Positions 36,747-47,089 of a DNA stretch of 64,000 bases are shown piece after piece (position 1 is the first letter of the stretch; each line of letters opens with the position of its first letter). The position numbers and the translations under genes are program-made. This DNA is from Armatimonadota bacterium (GTDB lineage Bacteria; Armatimonadota; UBA5829; DTLH01): assembly GCA_038207085.1 (NCBI GenBank), contig JBBRAE010000006.1:1818-65817 (forward strand), given 5' to 3'. Below the pieces are notes generated by a model that worked only from the letters and a program-made list of their open reading frames with translations, was not told the DNA's origin and did not search any database.

Positions 36747-36792
36747 TGGAATTGTGTGGCCCGGAGTTCGGTGTTCCGGGCCACAAAAGGCG

Positions 36793-37770
36793 CTATTCAG
36801 CCGGGCAGTTGCTCGCGACTGCTCCTCGAAGCGGGTTTGCGAGCATATCGATCACCTGATCGGTAAGCGACGGATTGAACCCTCCGGGGTGGGGGAATAT
36901 TGAATAGCTTAGCTCGATCATCCCGGTTCGGGGCGTGCCCGGACCCGCGACAATCAGCCTGATAGCGCTCCCATCGGCCGTTATCGGGAAGTTCCCGTCG
37001 CCTATCACCGTGACCCCTTCTTTGCGGTTTGAGAGATCAGACCAATCGTAACCGACAGTCCCGATTCTTGGCCCAAAGGACGCTTTGGCGTCTTTCAGCG
37101 CGATTGGGATCGCGATTATTAGCTCTGCGTCAGGCGTTCCCTGCCAGTCGACGGTGACTTTCACGTCTACCCGGGGGAGGCCTTCGTGCATCACCACGTC
37201 TTGAACTAATGATGAGCCTCCACACTTATACTCGGAGCGAATTGTCGCTCGCGCCGGTCCGTTTTCGATCAGGTCTACCTGTTCAAGCTTGACGGTGCTC
37301 GGTTTTCCAGCCTGAGCGAACTCGATGGTGCAGGCCTGCGCGCCCTTGGGGACAAGTTGCTTGCCCGCAAGCTTGCTGAAGAGGTCGGAGACGGCGCCGG
37401 TTTTGGGGTCGATCGAAACCCGAGCGTGTTCGTTCTCAAGGGTAAGTGAGCGAGCCGACAGGCGGCTGGATGCGCGGCTTGCGACCGGTTTGATCCAGAA
37501 AAGCCGACAGCTTTTGCCGGGGATGTCCTTGGCGACGAACGTTATTCTGTCGCCGACGACCTGTCCCGCAAACGACACCTTTCCGTTGGTGATGACAACC
37601 GCGTGGGTCTTCTCCACATCAAACGGCGAGTCCACATCGACACTGTCGGTGCGTTCCCAGCCCGATGGGTTTGAGACCGCAACCGCGATCGGTGTGACTT
37701 GTCCCTTCGCACAAAGCAGAGACGGCAGCGTGGTTATGATGAATGTTACAGTAAGCCAGAAGCTCCTCAA
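36793..37770 (-). CDS. Secreted hypothetical protein (beta-sandwich-rich)
   Basis: Signal peptide MRSFWLTVTFIITTLPSLLCA. No recognisable catalytic motif. Confidence 0.5.
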   Translation of the reverse strand: MRSFWLTVTFIITTLPSLLCAKGQVTPIAVAVSNPSGWERTDSVDVDSPFDVEKTHAVVITNGKVSFAGQVVGDRITFVAKDIPGKSCRLFWIKPVASRASSRLSARSLTLENEHARVSIDPKTGAVSDLFSKLAGKQLVPKGAQACTIEFAQAGKPSTVKLEQVDLIENGPARATIRSEYKCGGSSLVQDVVMHEGLPRVDVKVTVDWQGTPDAELIIAIPIALKDAKASFGPRIGTVGYDWSDLSNRKEGVTVIGDGNFPITADGSAIRLIVAGPGTPRTGMIELSYSIFPHPGGFNPSLTDQVIDMLANPLRGAVASNCPAE

Positions 37771-37977
37771 AAGAGCTACCTCCTGTTTCCTTATCCCGGG
37801 TTCGACCCCGGGCAGAGATTTCGTTCTCTAATTTTCGGCATAACCGCGCCCGTTCACTAGCATCCACAGATAATTCCCTTTGCCGTGCGCTGGGTTGAGC
37901 AGCACTTGACCCAGGAAAGCGACCTGATGCTCCCCATAAGCGTATACGCGGTATGCGCCTGCACTTCATCATAGCGC

Positions 37978-38325
37978 GTGAGCCCGCGAATCTCAAGCCC
38001 GCATTTTTCGACTGCCGCCCGGGAGTCCCAGGTCAAATGGCCTGTAGCGGAAGAACGCCTCTGTGTGATACCTCTACACCCGCGAGGGATAGCCTATGCG
38101 CACAACGCGGCCTACTGCATAATGAGCGCGCCGAGCCTCTCCTGCAACATTCTCACTCCCGCCGACTTCGCCTACATCAGGATGCACGGATACGGCGATA
38201 CCGGCGACTACACCGGCGACGCGCTCCGCCGTTGGGCCGAGCACGACACCTATGTTTACTTCAACAACGACTGGGGTGGCTACGCGATCAAGAACGCCGA
38301 GACGCTTCGAACTCTTCTTGCCTGA
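37978..38325 (+). pseudogene. C-terminal fragment of a DUF72 (UPF0759) family gene. The N-terminal two-thirds is missing.
   Basis: ADFAYIRMHGYG...ALRRWAEH...YVYFNNDWGGYAIKNAETLRTLL matches only the last 70 residues of the 250-280 aa DUF72 proteins. The upstream part of the ORF is non-homologous. Confidence 0.35.
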
Positions 38326-38384
38326 GCCTGAAGCACTCTTCCATTCCGTGCTCTCCTGTGGTATAACTTAGGGAGTTTCACGCG

Positions 38385-39599
38385 ATGGAAAGGGCTGCTG
38401 TAATGAACGCACTGAGGCTTGCGGAGGTCGACTCGAAGATCATCTGCGAAGAGGACATGGGCGGGTACCGCCGCGTCACAGGTGAGTTCTGGACTGCGCG
38501 CCAGCGCCAGATGCACAGCATCCACTACGCCGTAAGCTACCGTGCTTCGTTCAAGCCGGAATTGCCCTGCTACTTCATCGACCGCTACTGCTCCGACTCC
38601 GAGCGCGACATCGTCTTTGACCCGTTCGGCGGACGCGGGACGACCATTTTGCAGGCCAATATCGGCGGCTACCGCGGCATCTCAAACGACGTGAACCCGC
38701 TTTCCGAGCGCATCTCCCGGCCAAAGACCCTCCCAGTTACAATCGAAGAAATGGGCGCGGCGCTTGAGCAGATCGACCTGTCAGTCGAAGTGGACGTGTC
38801 GGATTATGAGGCGTTTGCGCCTTTCTATCACATAGATACGTACCGTGAGATACTCGCACTGAGGCAATATCTTCTGGACAACCGAACCGAGGCGGACTGC
38901 TTTATAGAGATGATCGCCCTTTCGCGTCTGCATGGGCACAGTGGAGGCTTTTTCTCGGTATACTCGTTCCCCCAGATATCGGTGCCGTCTGCGTCGCAGG
39001 CGAGGATCAACGAGCAGCGCAACCAGACTCCCAATTATCGTCCAATCAAGCCCCGAATCTTGAAAAAAGCCAAGAGCGTCCTAAGAGATTTTAACCCGTC
39101 CGAGCTTGCCGAGCTTCGAAGTGTCGCAGACCACAACCGATTCACCTGCCACGACACGCGCAAGCTTTCGGGCATCGGCGACGGCGAGGTCGCCCTGATC
39201 GTCACCTCTCCGCCGTTTCTCAACAAGGCCGACTACATTCAGGACAACTGGCTTGAGTTCTGGTTCCTGGGTATCGACCCCACTCCACTGCGCGAGCAGG
39301 TCGTCCAGACCGATAACCTCGACACTTGGACCCAGTTTATGACGGGAAGTATGCAGGAGATGCTTCGGGTTCTGCGCGAGGGCGGCGTCGCGGTGGTCGA
39401 GGTAGGGGACATAAAATACGGCAAAAAAGTAGTGAACCTTGATGAAACGATAGTGGAAATCGCCCAGGAGATCGGCTTCGGCGTTGAAGAGGTGTTGATC
39501 AACTCCCAGCAGTTCACCAAGCTTGCGAACTGCTTCAACGTAGACAACATGACCAAAGGCACCAACACAAACCGCCTGGCAGTGCTAAGAAAAATCTAA
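38385..39599 (+). CDS. DNA methyltransferase (N4-cytosine or N6-adenine; motif I before TRD before motif IV) with no nuclease partner in the window
   Basis: Motif I VFDPFGGRGTT and motif IV LIVTSPPFLN (SPPF). Confidence 0.8.
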   Translation: MERAAVMNALRLAEVDSKIICEEDMGGYRRVTGEFWTARQRQMHSIHYAVSYRASFKPELPCYFIDRYCSDSERDIVFDPFGGRGTTILQANIGGYRGISNDVNPLSERISRPKTLPVTIEEMGAALEQIDLSVEVDVSDYEAFAPFYHIDTYREILALRQYLLDNRTEADCFIEMIALSRLHGHSGGFFSVYSFPQISVPSASQARINEQRNQTPNYRPIKPRILKKAKSVLRDFNPSELAELRSVADHNRFTCHDTRKLSGIGDGEVALIVTSPPFLNKADYIQDNWLEFWFLGIDPTPLREQVVQTDNLDTWTQFMTGSMQEMLRVLREGGVAVVEVGDIKYGKKVVNLDETIVEIAQEIGFGVEEVLINSQQFTKLANCFNVDNMTKGTNTNRLAVLRKI

Positions 39600-39633
39600 C
39601 GTTGTTTCGGGGACGGGGTCCCCGAAACCTGTC

Positions 39634-40314
39634 TCACGATCCCGCAGCATTCTCCTCAAGCATCTCCCGGTCAACCACCCGAATCCGCCGACCATCGACC
39701 TCTATCGCCCCCTGCGCCTCAAACCTACTGAAAAGGCGCGACAGCGTCTCGCTCGCGATATCGAGCTCCGCCGCAAGTGTACTCTTGGGTACCGTAAGCT
39801 CAAACTCCCCAGACTCCCCGGCCCGGCCGAGCATATAACTCGCCAGCCTCTCGCCCGCGTCGCGAAGTGTGATCATCTCAAGCTTTGAGACGAGCCTGTG
39901 CGCCCAGATCGACATCGCTCCAAGGAGCTTGAAGCAAAGCTCCGGGTCGCTTCTGAGCAGTTCGACAAACGCTGTCCGCCGAAGCAGCACAAGCGACGAA
40001 TTCCGCACCGCCGCCGCATACGCCGGGTAGCCCTGCCCGAGAAACAGCGCCGCCTCGCCGAATATATCTCCGGGTTCTGCGACGTGGAGCACGTGTTCGC
40101 GCCCGTCGGGCCCGATCTTGTAGACCTTGACCGTCCCGCGCGCGACGATGTACATCCCGCGGCATTCGGCCCCTTCGGGGAAGATCATCTCGCCGCGCCC
40201 GAAAGCCTCTACAGTCGCCGTCGCCGCGATCTTCCGAATCGTCGGCTCATCGACCGACGCAAAGAACCCGCAGCTCCTGAGCGTCTGCACAATACTGATT
40301 CCTGTTTCGCTGTT
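39634..40314 (-). CDS. Crp/Fnr-family transcriptional regulator
   Basis: cNMP-binding domain (GEMIFPEGAECRGMYIVARGTVKVY...GDIFGEAALF) plus C-terminal HTH (TLAAELDIASETLSRLFSRF). Start at the internal ATG (MNSETG). Confidence 0.8.
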   Translation of the reverse strand, partial: NSETGISIVQTLRSCGFFASVDEPTIRKIAATATVEAFGRGEMIFPEGAECRGMYIVARGTVKVYKIGPDGREHVLHVAEPGDIFGEAALFLGQGYPAYAAAVRNSSLVLLRRTAFVELLRSDPELCFKLLGAMSIWAHRLVSKLEMITLRDAGERLASYMLGRAGESGEFELTVPKSTLAAELDIASETLSRLFSRFEAQGAIEVDGRRIRVVDREMLEENAAGS

Positions 40315-40417
40315 CATATCGAACAGTATATAGTGAAGCGCAAGAACCCGCAACAAGTTTCGCTTTACCCCGCCTCAGTGGTATAACATAGAAAACAACC
40401 CAGCTTGGAGGCTACAG

Positions 40418-40696
40418 ATGTCGCAACCATACATCGGCGGGATGCGCCATATCCACATAACCCCCGGGACGTTCGACCAGGCCTGCGGAGAGATCCGCAA
40501 CCTGAGGGACGACACCGAGGTCGCCCGCGTGCTCGACTTTATCGCGAAACTAAAGAGTGAACGCGGCCCTGAGGAGAACGGCAAAGGCAAGTCCAAGCCG
40601 CTCCTGCGCCACGTCGGTCGTTTTAGTTTTAACGAAGGCGAGCGGGAAGCGCTTCTTGATATGGTCCTTCGCGTGCGAGAGGAGGGGACAAGATGA
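40418..40696 (+). CDS. Putative antitoxin partner of VapC (no canonical VapB/AbrB/RHH signature)
   Basis: 92-aa ORF whose stop overlaps the vapC start by 4 nt. Charged C-terminus. Confidence 0.45.
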   Translation: MSQPYIGGMRHIHITPGTFDQACGEIRNLRDDTEVARVLDFIAKLKSERGPEENGKGKSKPLLRHVGRFSFNEGEREALLDMVLRVREEGTR

Positions 40697-41124
40697 GGGA
40701 TTACATACTCGACATCGACCACATTCTCGGCCTGATCTCAGGCAACGAGGAGCTGACGCGCAGACTTGCTGAGGCCAAAAACGACGCCCGTTTCGGGATC
40801 ACTACCACAATCCTGGGCGAGCTTTACTTTTTGATAAGGTCAAGCGCCCAGATGGACGCCAACGTCGCGAGCCTGACCGAGCTTGCACGCGACCTTGAGG
40901 TCTGGCAGTTCAACCGCGGCGCAGCCGAGATCACCGGGGAGATACTGACCCAGGCGCGCGCGCTGGGCCGCCCGATTTCCGAACCCGAAGCCCAAATCGC
41001 CGCCATCTCCCGCCAACGCCAGGCGACTCTACTCACAAGCCAGGAGCGTTTCGCCGACATCCGCGACATCACATTCGAAAACTGGCTCGCGCCGCAATCG
41101 ACGAGGCATACGCTGGTGCGATAG
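40693..41124 (+). CDS. vapC: PIN-domain toxin, VapC family
   Basis: N-terminal YILDIDHILGL PIN signature (conserved Asp). About 140 aa. Confidence 0.75.
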   Translation: MRDYILDIDHILGLISGNEELTRRLAEAKNDARFGITTTILGELYFLIRSSAQMDANVASLTELARDLEVWQFNRGAAEITGEILTQARALGRPISEPEAQIAAISRQRQATLLTSQERFADIRDITFENWLAPQSTRHTLVR

Positions 41125-41236
41125 CGGGTCGATTTCTCACAGACAGGAACCAAAGATCGTAGCAAAGCCGGAGGTATGCCGGCCAGTGGCGGCGAAGTAG
41201 ACCGTAGTCTGTAGTACAATGTGAGAGGTCTTTGCT

Positions 41237-44200
41237 GTGAATCAGGAAAACAGGTCAGTCGAGGTTCTAAACGGTTGGTGGGATTTTCTGCCGATCGACC
41301 ACCCGGTCAATGGTAGACACGATTTTGGATTGGAAGGATCGTTGGAACCGGTGCAGCCGATTATTCCTGAGACGGTTCCCTCGGACGGCTGGCTGGCGGC
41401 GGCTTATCTCGTGCCGGGGTTCTTTACGGACCATTACTATCCTGAGGATTGGCAAAAGTGCAGGAACGCCTGGGCCAGGACTCGGTTTGATGTCGGGACG
41501 CTCGTGAGCGGGCGAAGAGCGTATCTTCTCATCGGCGGGGCGATCCAGCAGGCTTATATTTTTGTAAACGGCGAGAGAGTCGCGGTGCAGGAGGACATGT
41601 TCATCGGCGATGAGGTCGATATCACGGGCAGCCTCCGCGACGGAGAAAACGAGCTTGCCGTCTTTATCACAGAGTTTCCCACGTTCCCTCATCCCACCAA
41701 CGAGAAGATCAGGCTTATCGATCACCCCTGGGGGTGCTGTATATCCCATTCCCAGGCCGGGATCTGGCAGGATGTGACGCTGGAATGGCGGTCGGCGGTC
41801 CATGTGTCCGACGTGACGATCAGGACTAGCGTGCGCGAGAGTGCGATTACGGTCATCTCCAAAGTGCGAAATGACGGGATGTCTGCGTTTGATGGAACGC
41901 TCTCGGGGATAGTTGAGGACGCCGGGAGCGATGTGTTCAAGCTTCCCGAGGTTACAGTGTCAGTTGGGCCTGGCGAGGAGATAGAGCTCACACAGACGGC
42001 GCAGTGGACGGATTACCGGGAGTGGTGTCACGAAGACCCACATCTCTACCACCTGCGCCTCACGATTCCTGGCGTCGATGTGAAACGCGAGAGGTTCGGA
42101 TTTCGGGAAGTCTGGATCGATGGGCACAGAATGTTGCTCAACGGTCGGCCCCAGAGATGGAGCGGCGAGTGGTGCCACAAAGCCCACGCTCACTGGATCA
42201 GACCTGAGTATATCCGACAGTACTACAAGCAGATCAAAGACCTGAACATGAACTACGTTCGGATGCACACATTTCCGCACCCGCAGCAGTATCTCGACAT
42301 CGCGGATGAGATGGGGATATTCGTCTGCCAGGAGTCCGCGCTTCACGGTTCCGGACCCTATGGATGGGATACCCCCGCGCTCTGGGAGCGCTCAGCGAAA
42401 CACGTTGCCCGAATGGTGCGGCGCGACAAGAACCACCCGTCTCTTGTGCTCTGGAGCGTCGAAAACGAGATGCGGTGGGCGCTTAACATCGTTCCAAGTT
42501 CCAAAACGGAGCTGCCGAAGCTTCGGAAGCTCTTCAACGAGCTCGAACCTACCCGGCCCGCCTATCACGACGGCGATAGTTCTCTCTGGAATGAAGATGA
42601 ACAGCCGATTATTTCGCGTCACTACGGCCCCCCATGCCATGGCTGGGGTTGGTGGGAGAAGAAGAACGTTCTGCACGCGGGGGAGATGGGCCGATGGCAC
42701 TACGCCTCGCCCTATACGGCGCTTCAGTGGGCTGGGGATGAGGTATACACCGACTACCGCCTGCTCTCACAGTCGATTGCCCGCGACTGCGCACGAATTG
42801 TCGAGCTTGGGCGTGCCAACGAGGTCACCTGCGCGTTCATCTGGAACACTTCAGGCCTTGACAACTTCAGGTCGTCAGAGGCCAAGACCTTTACTTGGGA
42901 TGACCCCCGGAGCCGCTATATCAAGCCTCTCGCGCATCGGCCATACGAGTCTGAATACGCCTGGTGGGAAGACGGCGCGGGTTATCGCCCCGGTGCGAGC
43001 TTCGAGGTGATGAAACAGGCCTTCAGGCCGCTTGCGCTCGTGATCCGTGAGGAGCGGACGCAGTTCTACAACGACGCTCTGGCTCATCATACCGTCTATG
43101 TTGTAAACGACCTCGCATCGGACGTTGAGGGCGACCTCACGGTGCGGTTGGAGCAGAATGGGACTGTCCTCTGGGAGACGAGCGAACGTGTGTCGGTCGG
43201 CAGGGGGCTCACGGGGACGGTGACCGTCCATGTCCCACTTACAGGGACGAGTGAGGGCGACGCGGTGATTGTGACCGGGCTTGCCTGCGAATCAGGAGTC
43301 GACGAAGTGCGACGTGATCTCAGGGTCGCGGACAAATCGGCTCTTCTCGACAAACTCGACCTGCCGGTAGTTGCAGTCTGGGGTGAAGGCAGGATTCTGC
43401 CGTGGCTCAAGTCCCATGGGATAAGAACCAAGGTCATCGACAGCCTCTCCGAGCTCAATGCCGAGCAAACACCGATCGTGATCGTTGCGGAGAACACGGT
43501 AGAACCTGGAAGCGACTGTAACGCCAGGCTCAGGTCGTTTGTGGCGTCTGGGGGGCGGGCGCTTGTGCTTGAGCAGGCCAATTCTATCTTTCCAGGCGTG
43601 TCGATGGCTAGAATGCCGGTTGAGATGGCCCATGTTCGGTCTGTTCACCATTCGGTGACGCGCGGGATCACGGGCGCGGACCTGAGGTTCTTTGGTGATG
43701 ATCCGTACGGCGTGCCGTCCTCCAATAGTTGGGTCACGCTCTACCCCTACCTCAAGCCTGTCGAGGAGCAGTTGGTGCGGCCGATAATCGACTCAAGCGG
43801 CGGTGATTTTTCCTCAGGTGGGCTTACGTGGGCCCCAGTCATCGAGGCACAGATAGGGACAGGGACGGTGATTGCCTCTCAGCTTAGGCTGTTCGATCGG
43901 CTCGATGACCTGCCTGTTGCAGACCATCTGCTGCGAAACGCTCTTGACTATCTGGCGCGCTACGAACCCGAAATGTGCTTCACGTGGGCGGATGACGGCA
44001 TGATGGCCCGGCTTCCGGAGCTATTTCCAAACGACGCAGACTTCTACTCAGGGTCCGCGCCGTCGAGTTCGCTTCTAGTCGGAGACAAGATTCCGACCGA
44101 GGATGCGGCTGAGTGGCGGAGATGGATCGAGAACGGGCAAACGGTGGTTGTCTGGGGACTCACGGAGGCCGCAAAAGGGTTCTGGGAGCAGGTCGCAGGT

Positions 44201-45190
44201 GAGAAGATCGAGCTGTTCACGCCGGAGCACGCGGTCTATCACCTTATACGTGGGCTTGAGCACCGTCTGACCGAGAGCATCAGCCACGAAGATACTTGCT
44301 GGCTCGACTGCTGGACCTATAGATCGGTGAACGTCAAGAACCCAATCGTGGACCAACTTCTTACGCTTGACGGCGGCGAGATGCTGCTCACGAACTCGGA
44401 ACGCTCTGGGCTTGACGTGCTCTTCGGGGACGAGAAGGCCACGGAATGGAAACGGACGCCTACCCTGACCGCGCTGTTCGACGGGCCCGCTCCGAGGATC
44501 GGCGGAGGTCTGGTGAGTTTCAAGGTGGGCAAAGGTGAGCTTGTCTTCTGCCAGGTTAGATGGATGCCTGAGCTGTGGCAGTTCAGGCGGTTCTTAGGGC
44601 TCTTTCTGTGGAACCTGGGAATGCACACCGCGACCGATGTGCTCGCTGGCGAGGGTATCGCCGCTGCGGGACGAAAAAGCGACGGCTACCCGACGTCTGT
44701 TCGAGTCGCAATGGGAGTCTCAGATGGTGATTTCGTCGATCTGCTGGGTAAAGCCAAGCACAAGGCAGACACTTTCGACCCCACCAACGTGCTATTTGGA
44801 GGCTGGCCGGGATGGGCTGGGGCAGAGTCGCCTTTGGGTGAGGTCACGGCGTCCGTGCTGCCCGGAGAAGGGCCGCTGACGCTTGGGATCGTCGCGATGT
44901 CCCCTGAGCCCCGGAAGTTTATGCAGACCGTCGGTGGGCTGCCGAACCCGGACCTGCAGACGTTCCTCCGAATGCGCGGGGAAGGCAATATCCGAGTGTG
45001 GGTGAACGGCGTGGAGTGGGGGAGTTACGATCTTACCGGAGGGGCGGCTGTCTACGTGGCCGACATAGACTTCGAGGCCGGTGCAAACACTGTCCTGATG
45101 TCCTGGCAGCCAAAATCGCCCGAAGACCGCCTGACGCTCGCATTCGAGAACAAGGACCGGCACCCGGAAACGACGTTCGAGTTCGTGTGA
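41237..45190 (+). CDS. Large glycoside hydrolase family 2 protein (beta-galactosidase/beta-mannosidase-like) with extended C-terminal domains
   Basis: 1317 aa. GH2 sugar-binding and TIM-barrel regions (NHPSLVLWSVENE acid/base region, NYVRMHTFPH). GTG start. Confidence 0.8.
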   Translation: MNQENRSVEVLNGWWDFLPIDHPVNGRHDFGLEGSLEPVQPIIPETVPSDGWLAAAYLVPGFFTDHYYPEDWQKCRNAWARTRFDVGTLVSGRRAYLLIGGAIQQAYIFVNGERVAVQEDMFIGDEVDITGSLRDGENELAVFITEFPTFPHPTNEKIRLIDHPWGCCISHSQAGIWQDVTLEWRSAVHVSDVTIRTSVRESAITVISKVRNDGMSAFDGTLSGIVEDAGSDVFKLPEVTVSVGPGEEIELTQTAQWTDYREWCHEDPHLYHLRLTIPGVDVKRERFGFREVWIDGHRMLLNGRPQRWSGEWCHKAHAHWIRPEYIRQYYKQIKDLNMNYVRMHTFPHPQQYLDIADEMGIFVCQESALHGSGPYGWDTPALWERSAKHVARMVRRDKNHPSLVLWSVENEMRWALNIVPSSKTELPKLRKLFNELEPTRPAYHDGDSSLWNEDEQPIISRHYGPPCHGWGWWEKKNVLHAGEMGRWHYASPYTALQWAGDEVYTDYRLLSQSIARDCARIVELGRANEVTCAFIWNTSGLDNFRSSEAKTFTWDDPRSRYIKPLAHRPYESEYAWWEDGAGYRPGASFEVMKQAFRPLALVIREERTQFYNDALAHHTVYVVNDLASDVEGDLTVRLEQNGTVLWETSERVSVGRGLTGTVTVHVPLTGTSEGDAVIVTGLACESGVDEVRRDLRVADKSALLDKLDLPVVAVWGEGRILPWLKSHGIRTKVIDSLSELNAEQTPIVIVAENTVEPGSDCNARLRSFVASGGRALVLEQANSIFPGVSMARMPVEMAHVRSVHHSVTRGITGADLRFFGDDPYGVPSSNSWVTLYPYLKPVEEQLVRPIIDSSGGDFSSGGLTWAPVIEAQIGTGTVIASQLRLFDRLDDLPVADHLLRNALDYLARYEPEMCFTWADDGMMARLPELFPNDADFYSGSAPSSSLLVGDKIPTEDAAEWRRWIENGQTVVVWGLTEAAKGFWEQVAGEKIELFTPEHAVYHLIRGLEHRLTESISHEDTCWLDCWTYRSVNVKNPIVDQLLTLDGGEMLLTNSERSGLDVLFGDEKATEWKRTPTLTALFDGPAPRIGGGLVSFKVGKGELVFCQVRWMPELWQFRRFLGLFLWNLGMHTATDVLAGEGIAAAGRKSDGYPTSVRVAMGVSDGDFVDLLGKAKHKADTFDPTNVLFGGWPGWAGAESPLGEVTASVLPGEGPLTLGIVAMSPEPRKFMQTVGGLPNPDLQTFLRMRGEGNIRVWVNGVEWGSYDLTGGAAVYVADIDFEAGANTVLMSWQPKSPEDRLTLAFENKDRHPETTFEFV

Positions 45191-45220
45191 CAGTGTGCGG
45201 GCGGATGTCGACTGGCCTAT

Positions 45221-45290
45221 CCCGCTTTATTCGTGAAGCGAATAAAGCTTTCGTTAACAGAGCATTATTCACGCTACTCGTGAATAATGC
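45221..45290 (-). repeat. Copy B (inverted orientation) of the 70-nt double AT-rich hairpin element, between convergent gene ends
   Basis: GCTTTATTCG-TGAAG-CGAATAAAGC, then GCATTATTCACG-CTACT-CGTGAATAATGC. Confidence 0.6.
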
Positions 45291-45293
45291 AGG

Positions 45294-46862
45294 CTATTCC
45301 TCTGTGGGGACTGCTTGGAATAACCCCATAGGTTCGTCGCGGAATATTCGATCATCCATCAGCTTCAAGTTGTCTGATACGATGGGTTTGAAACCCATTT
45401 GGGCGAGGCAATCGCGCTCCAGGTCGATCCCTGGAGCTATCTCGGTGAGCACAATACCTTCGTCCGTCATCTCAAATACGGCGCGCTCTGTAACGTATAG
45501 CACCTTGTGCCCGCGCTCTCTGGCGTAGGCTCCGTTAAAGGTCAGATGCTCCACGGCAGAGACAAACTTTGGATGGGCGCCTTCGCTGAGTATTTTGATC
45601 TTCCCGTTGCCTATCTCGGTCTTCAGGCCGCTTACGGCGAATGTGCCGCAAAAGACAACTTCCTTGGCGTTCTGGGTGATGTTGATGAACCCGCCGGCGC
45701 CCGCCAGGCGTGAGTTGAACTTGCTCACGTTCACGTTGCCGTTCTGGTCGACCTGGGCCATCCCAAGAAACGCTTTGTCGAGTCCGCCGCCGTCGTAAAA
45801 GTCGAATATTGCGGGCTGGTCAACTATCGCTTCGGGATTGACTGTCGCTCCAAAGCTCAGTCCCGATGCCGGAACCCCACCGATCGCTCCTGCTTCGACC
45901 GTCAGGATCATCCGGTCGCGGATATCCTCTTCATCGGTCACTCTGGCTATCCCCTCCGGGATACCTATACCGAGGTTGACCACCGATTTGTGGCCGATCT
46001 CCATAGCAGCTCTGCGGCAGATGACTTTGCGCTCGTCAAGTGGCATCTTCTCCAGCACATCATCACAGTGACCCTGGTGCTTGCAGTAAGCGGGGTTGTA
46101 CACCTCGGCGTAGGTCTGGTGGTGGTTATCCGGATGTGCTACGACTATTGCATCCACCATCATTCCCGGAATCTTCACAAGCCAGGGGCTGGTGTTGATC
46201 TTGTTGATGATCTGCGAGACCTGGACGATGACTATTCCCCCGGAGTTTCTGGCTGCCTGCGCCATAGAAAGCATCTCAAACGTGCCGATCTCTTTCTCAA
46301 GGGTAATGTTGCCCATTGCGTCGGCGGTGGTGCCTCGCAGGATCGCGACATTGATAGGAAAAGCCTTATAAAACAGCCACTCGCGCCCGCCAATGTGCAT
46401 AAGCTCAACCACGTCTTCCGTTGACATGCTGTTTAGCCTGCCGCCATCGTGCCTGGGGTCGACAAATGTGTGGAGCCCAACGTGAGATATGGTTCCGGGT
46501 TTCCCCGCGGCGATGTCGCGATACATATGGGAGATCACACCAAGGGGAAGGTTGTACCCCTCGATTTTGTTCTCCAGAACTAGTTGGCCGAGCTTGGGCA
46601 TCAGATTCCAGTGCCCACCGATTATCCGTCTGATAAGCCCTTCGTGAGCGAGATGGTTCAGCCCCTTGCTTTTGCCGTCACCCTGGCCTGCGGTGCAGAC
46701 GAGCGTGAGCCCCTTCGGGTTACCTGTCTTCAGGAACCGTTTTTCGAGGTGTTGAGTCAACTCCTCGGGGTGGCCGCTGCCTGCAAACCCGCCGCTTGCG
46801 ATGGTATCGCCGTCTTTGATCAACCTGACAGCTTCGTCAGCCGTCATAAGCTTGTGCTTCAA
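45294..46862 (-). CDS. Acetyl-CoA hydrolase/transferase family protein (CoA-transferase)
   Basis: 522 aa. The N- and C-terminal halves each have a CoA-transferase-like fold (DGDTIASGGFAGSGHPEEL, GGQVDF-like region LGMAQVDQNGNVNVS). Confidence 0.75.
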   Translation of the reverse strand: MKHKLMTADEAVRLIKDGDTIASGGFAGSGHPEELTQHLEKRFLKTGNPKGLTLVCTAGQGDGKSKGLNHLAHEGLIRRIIGGHWNLMPKLGQLVLENKIEGYNLPLGVISHMYRDIAAGKPGTISHVGLHTFVDPRHDGGRLNSMSTEDVVELMHIGGREWLFYKAFPINVAILRGTTADAMGNITLEKEIGTFEMLSMAQAARNSGGIVIVQVSQIINKINTSPWLVKIPGMMVDAIVVAHPDNHHQTYAEVYNPAYCKHQGHCDDVLEKMPLDERKVICRRAAMEIGHKSVVNLGIGIPEGIARVTDEEDIRDRMILTVEAGAIGGVPASGLSFGATVNPEAIVDQPAIFDFYDGGGLDKAFLGMAQVDQNGNVNVSKFNSRLAGAGGFINITQNAKEVVFCGTFAVSGLKTEIGNGKIKILSEGAHPKFVSAVEHLTFNGAYARERGHKVLYVTERAVFEMTDEGIVLTEIAPGIDLERDCLAQMGFKPIVSDNLKLMDDRIFRDEPMGLFQAVPTEE

Positions 46863-47089
46863 TATCTATCCTTCTTCGCGGGTGGGAATCCCTGGACGCA
46901 AGTATCGTTCAGTCTCGGGGATAAGAGAATACTATGGGAAGTAAGCAGTTTTGTCAATGCGCCCTAGGCTGAATGCTTAGATACGTACTACCAGATGAGG
47001 ACTAGCGGCAGCTTGGAACACGAGCCGACGAGCTTGGATTCTTTTGTGACCGGCCACTACACTATTTCCCCCAACTCATACTTGCGGGT

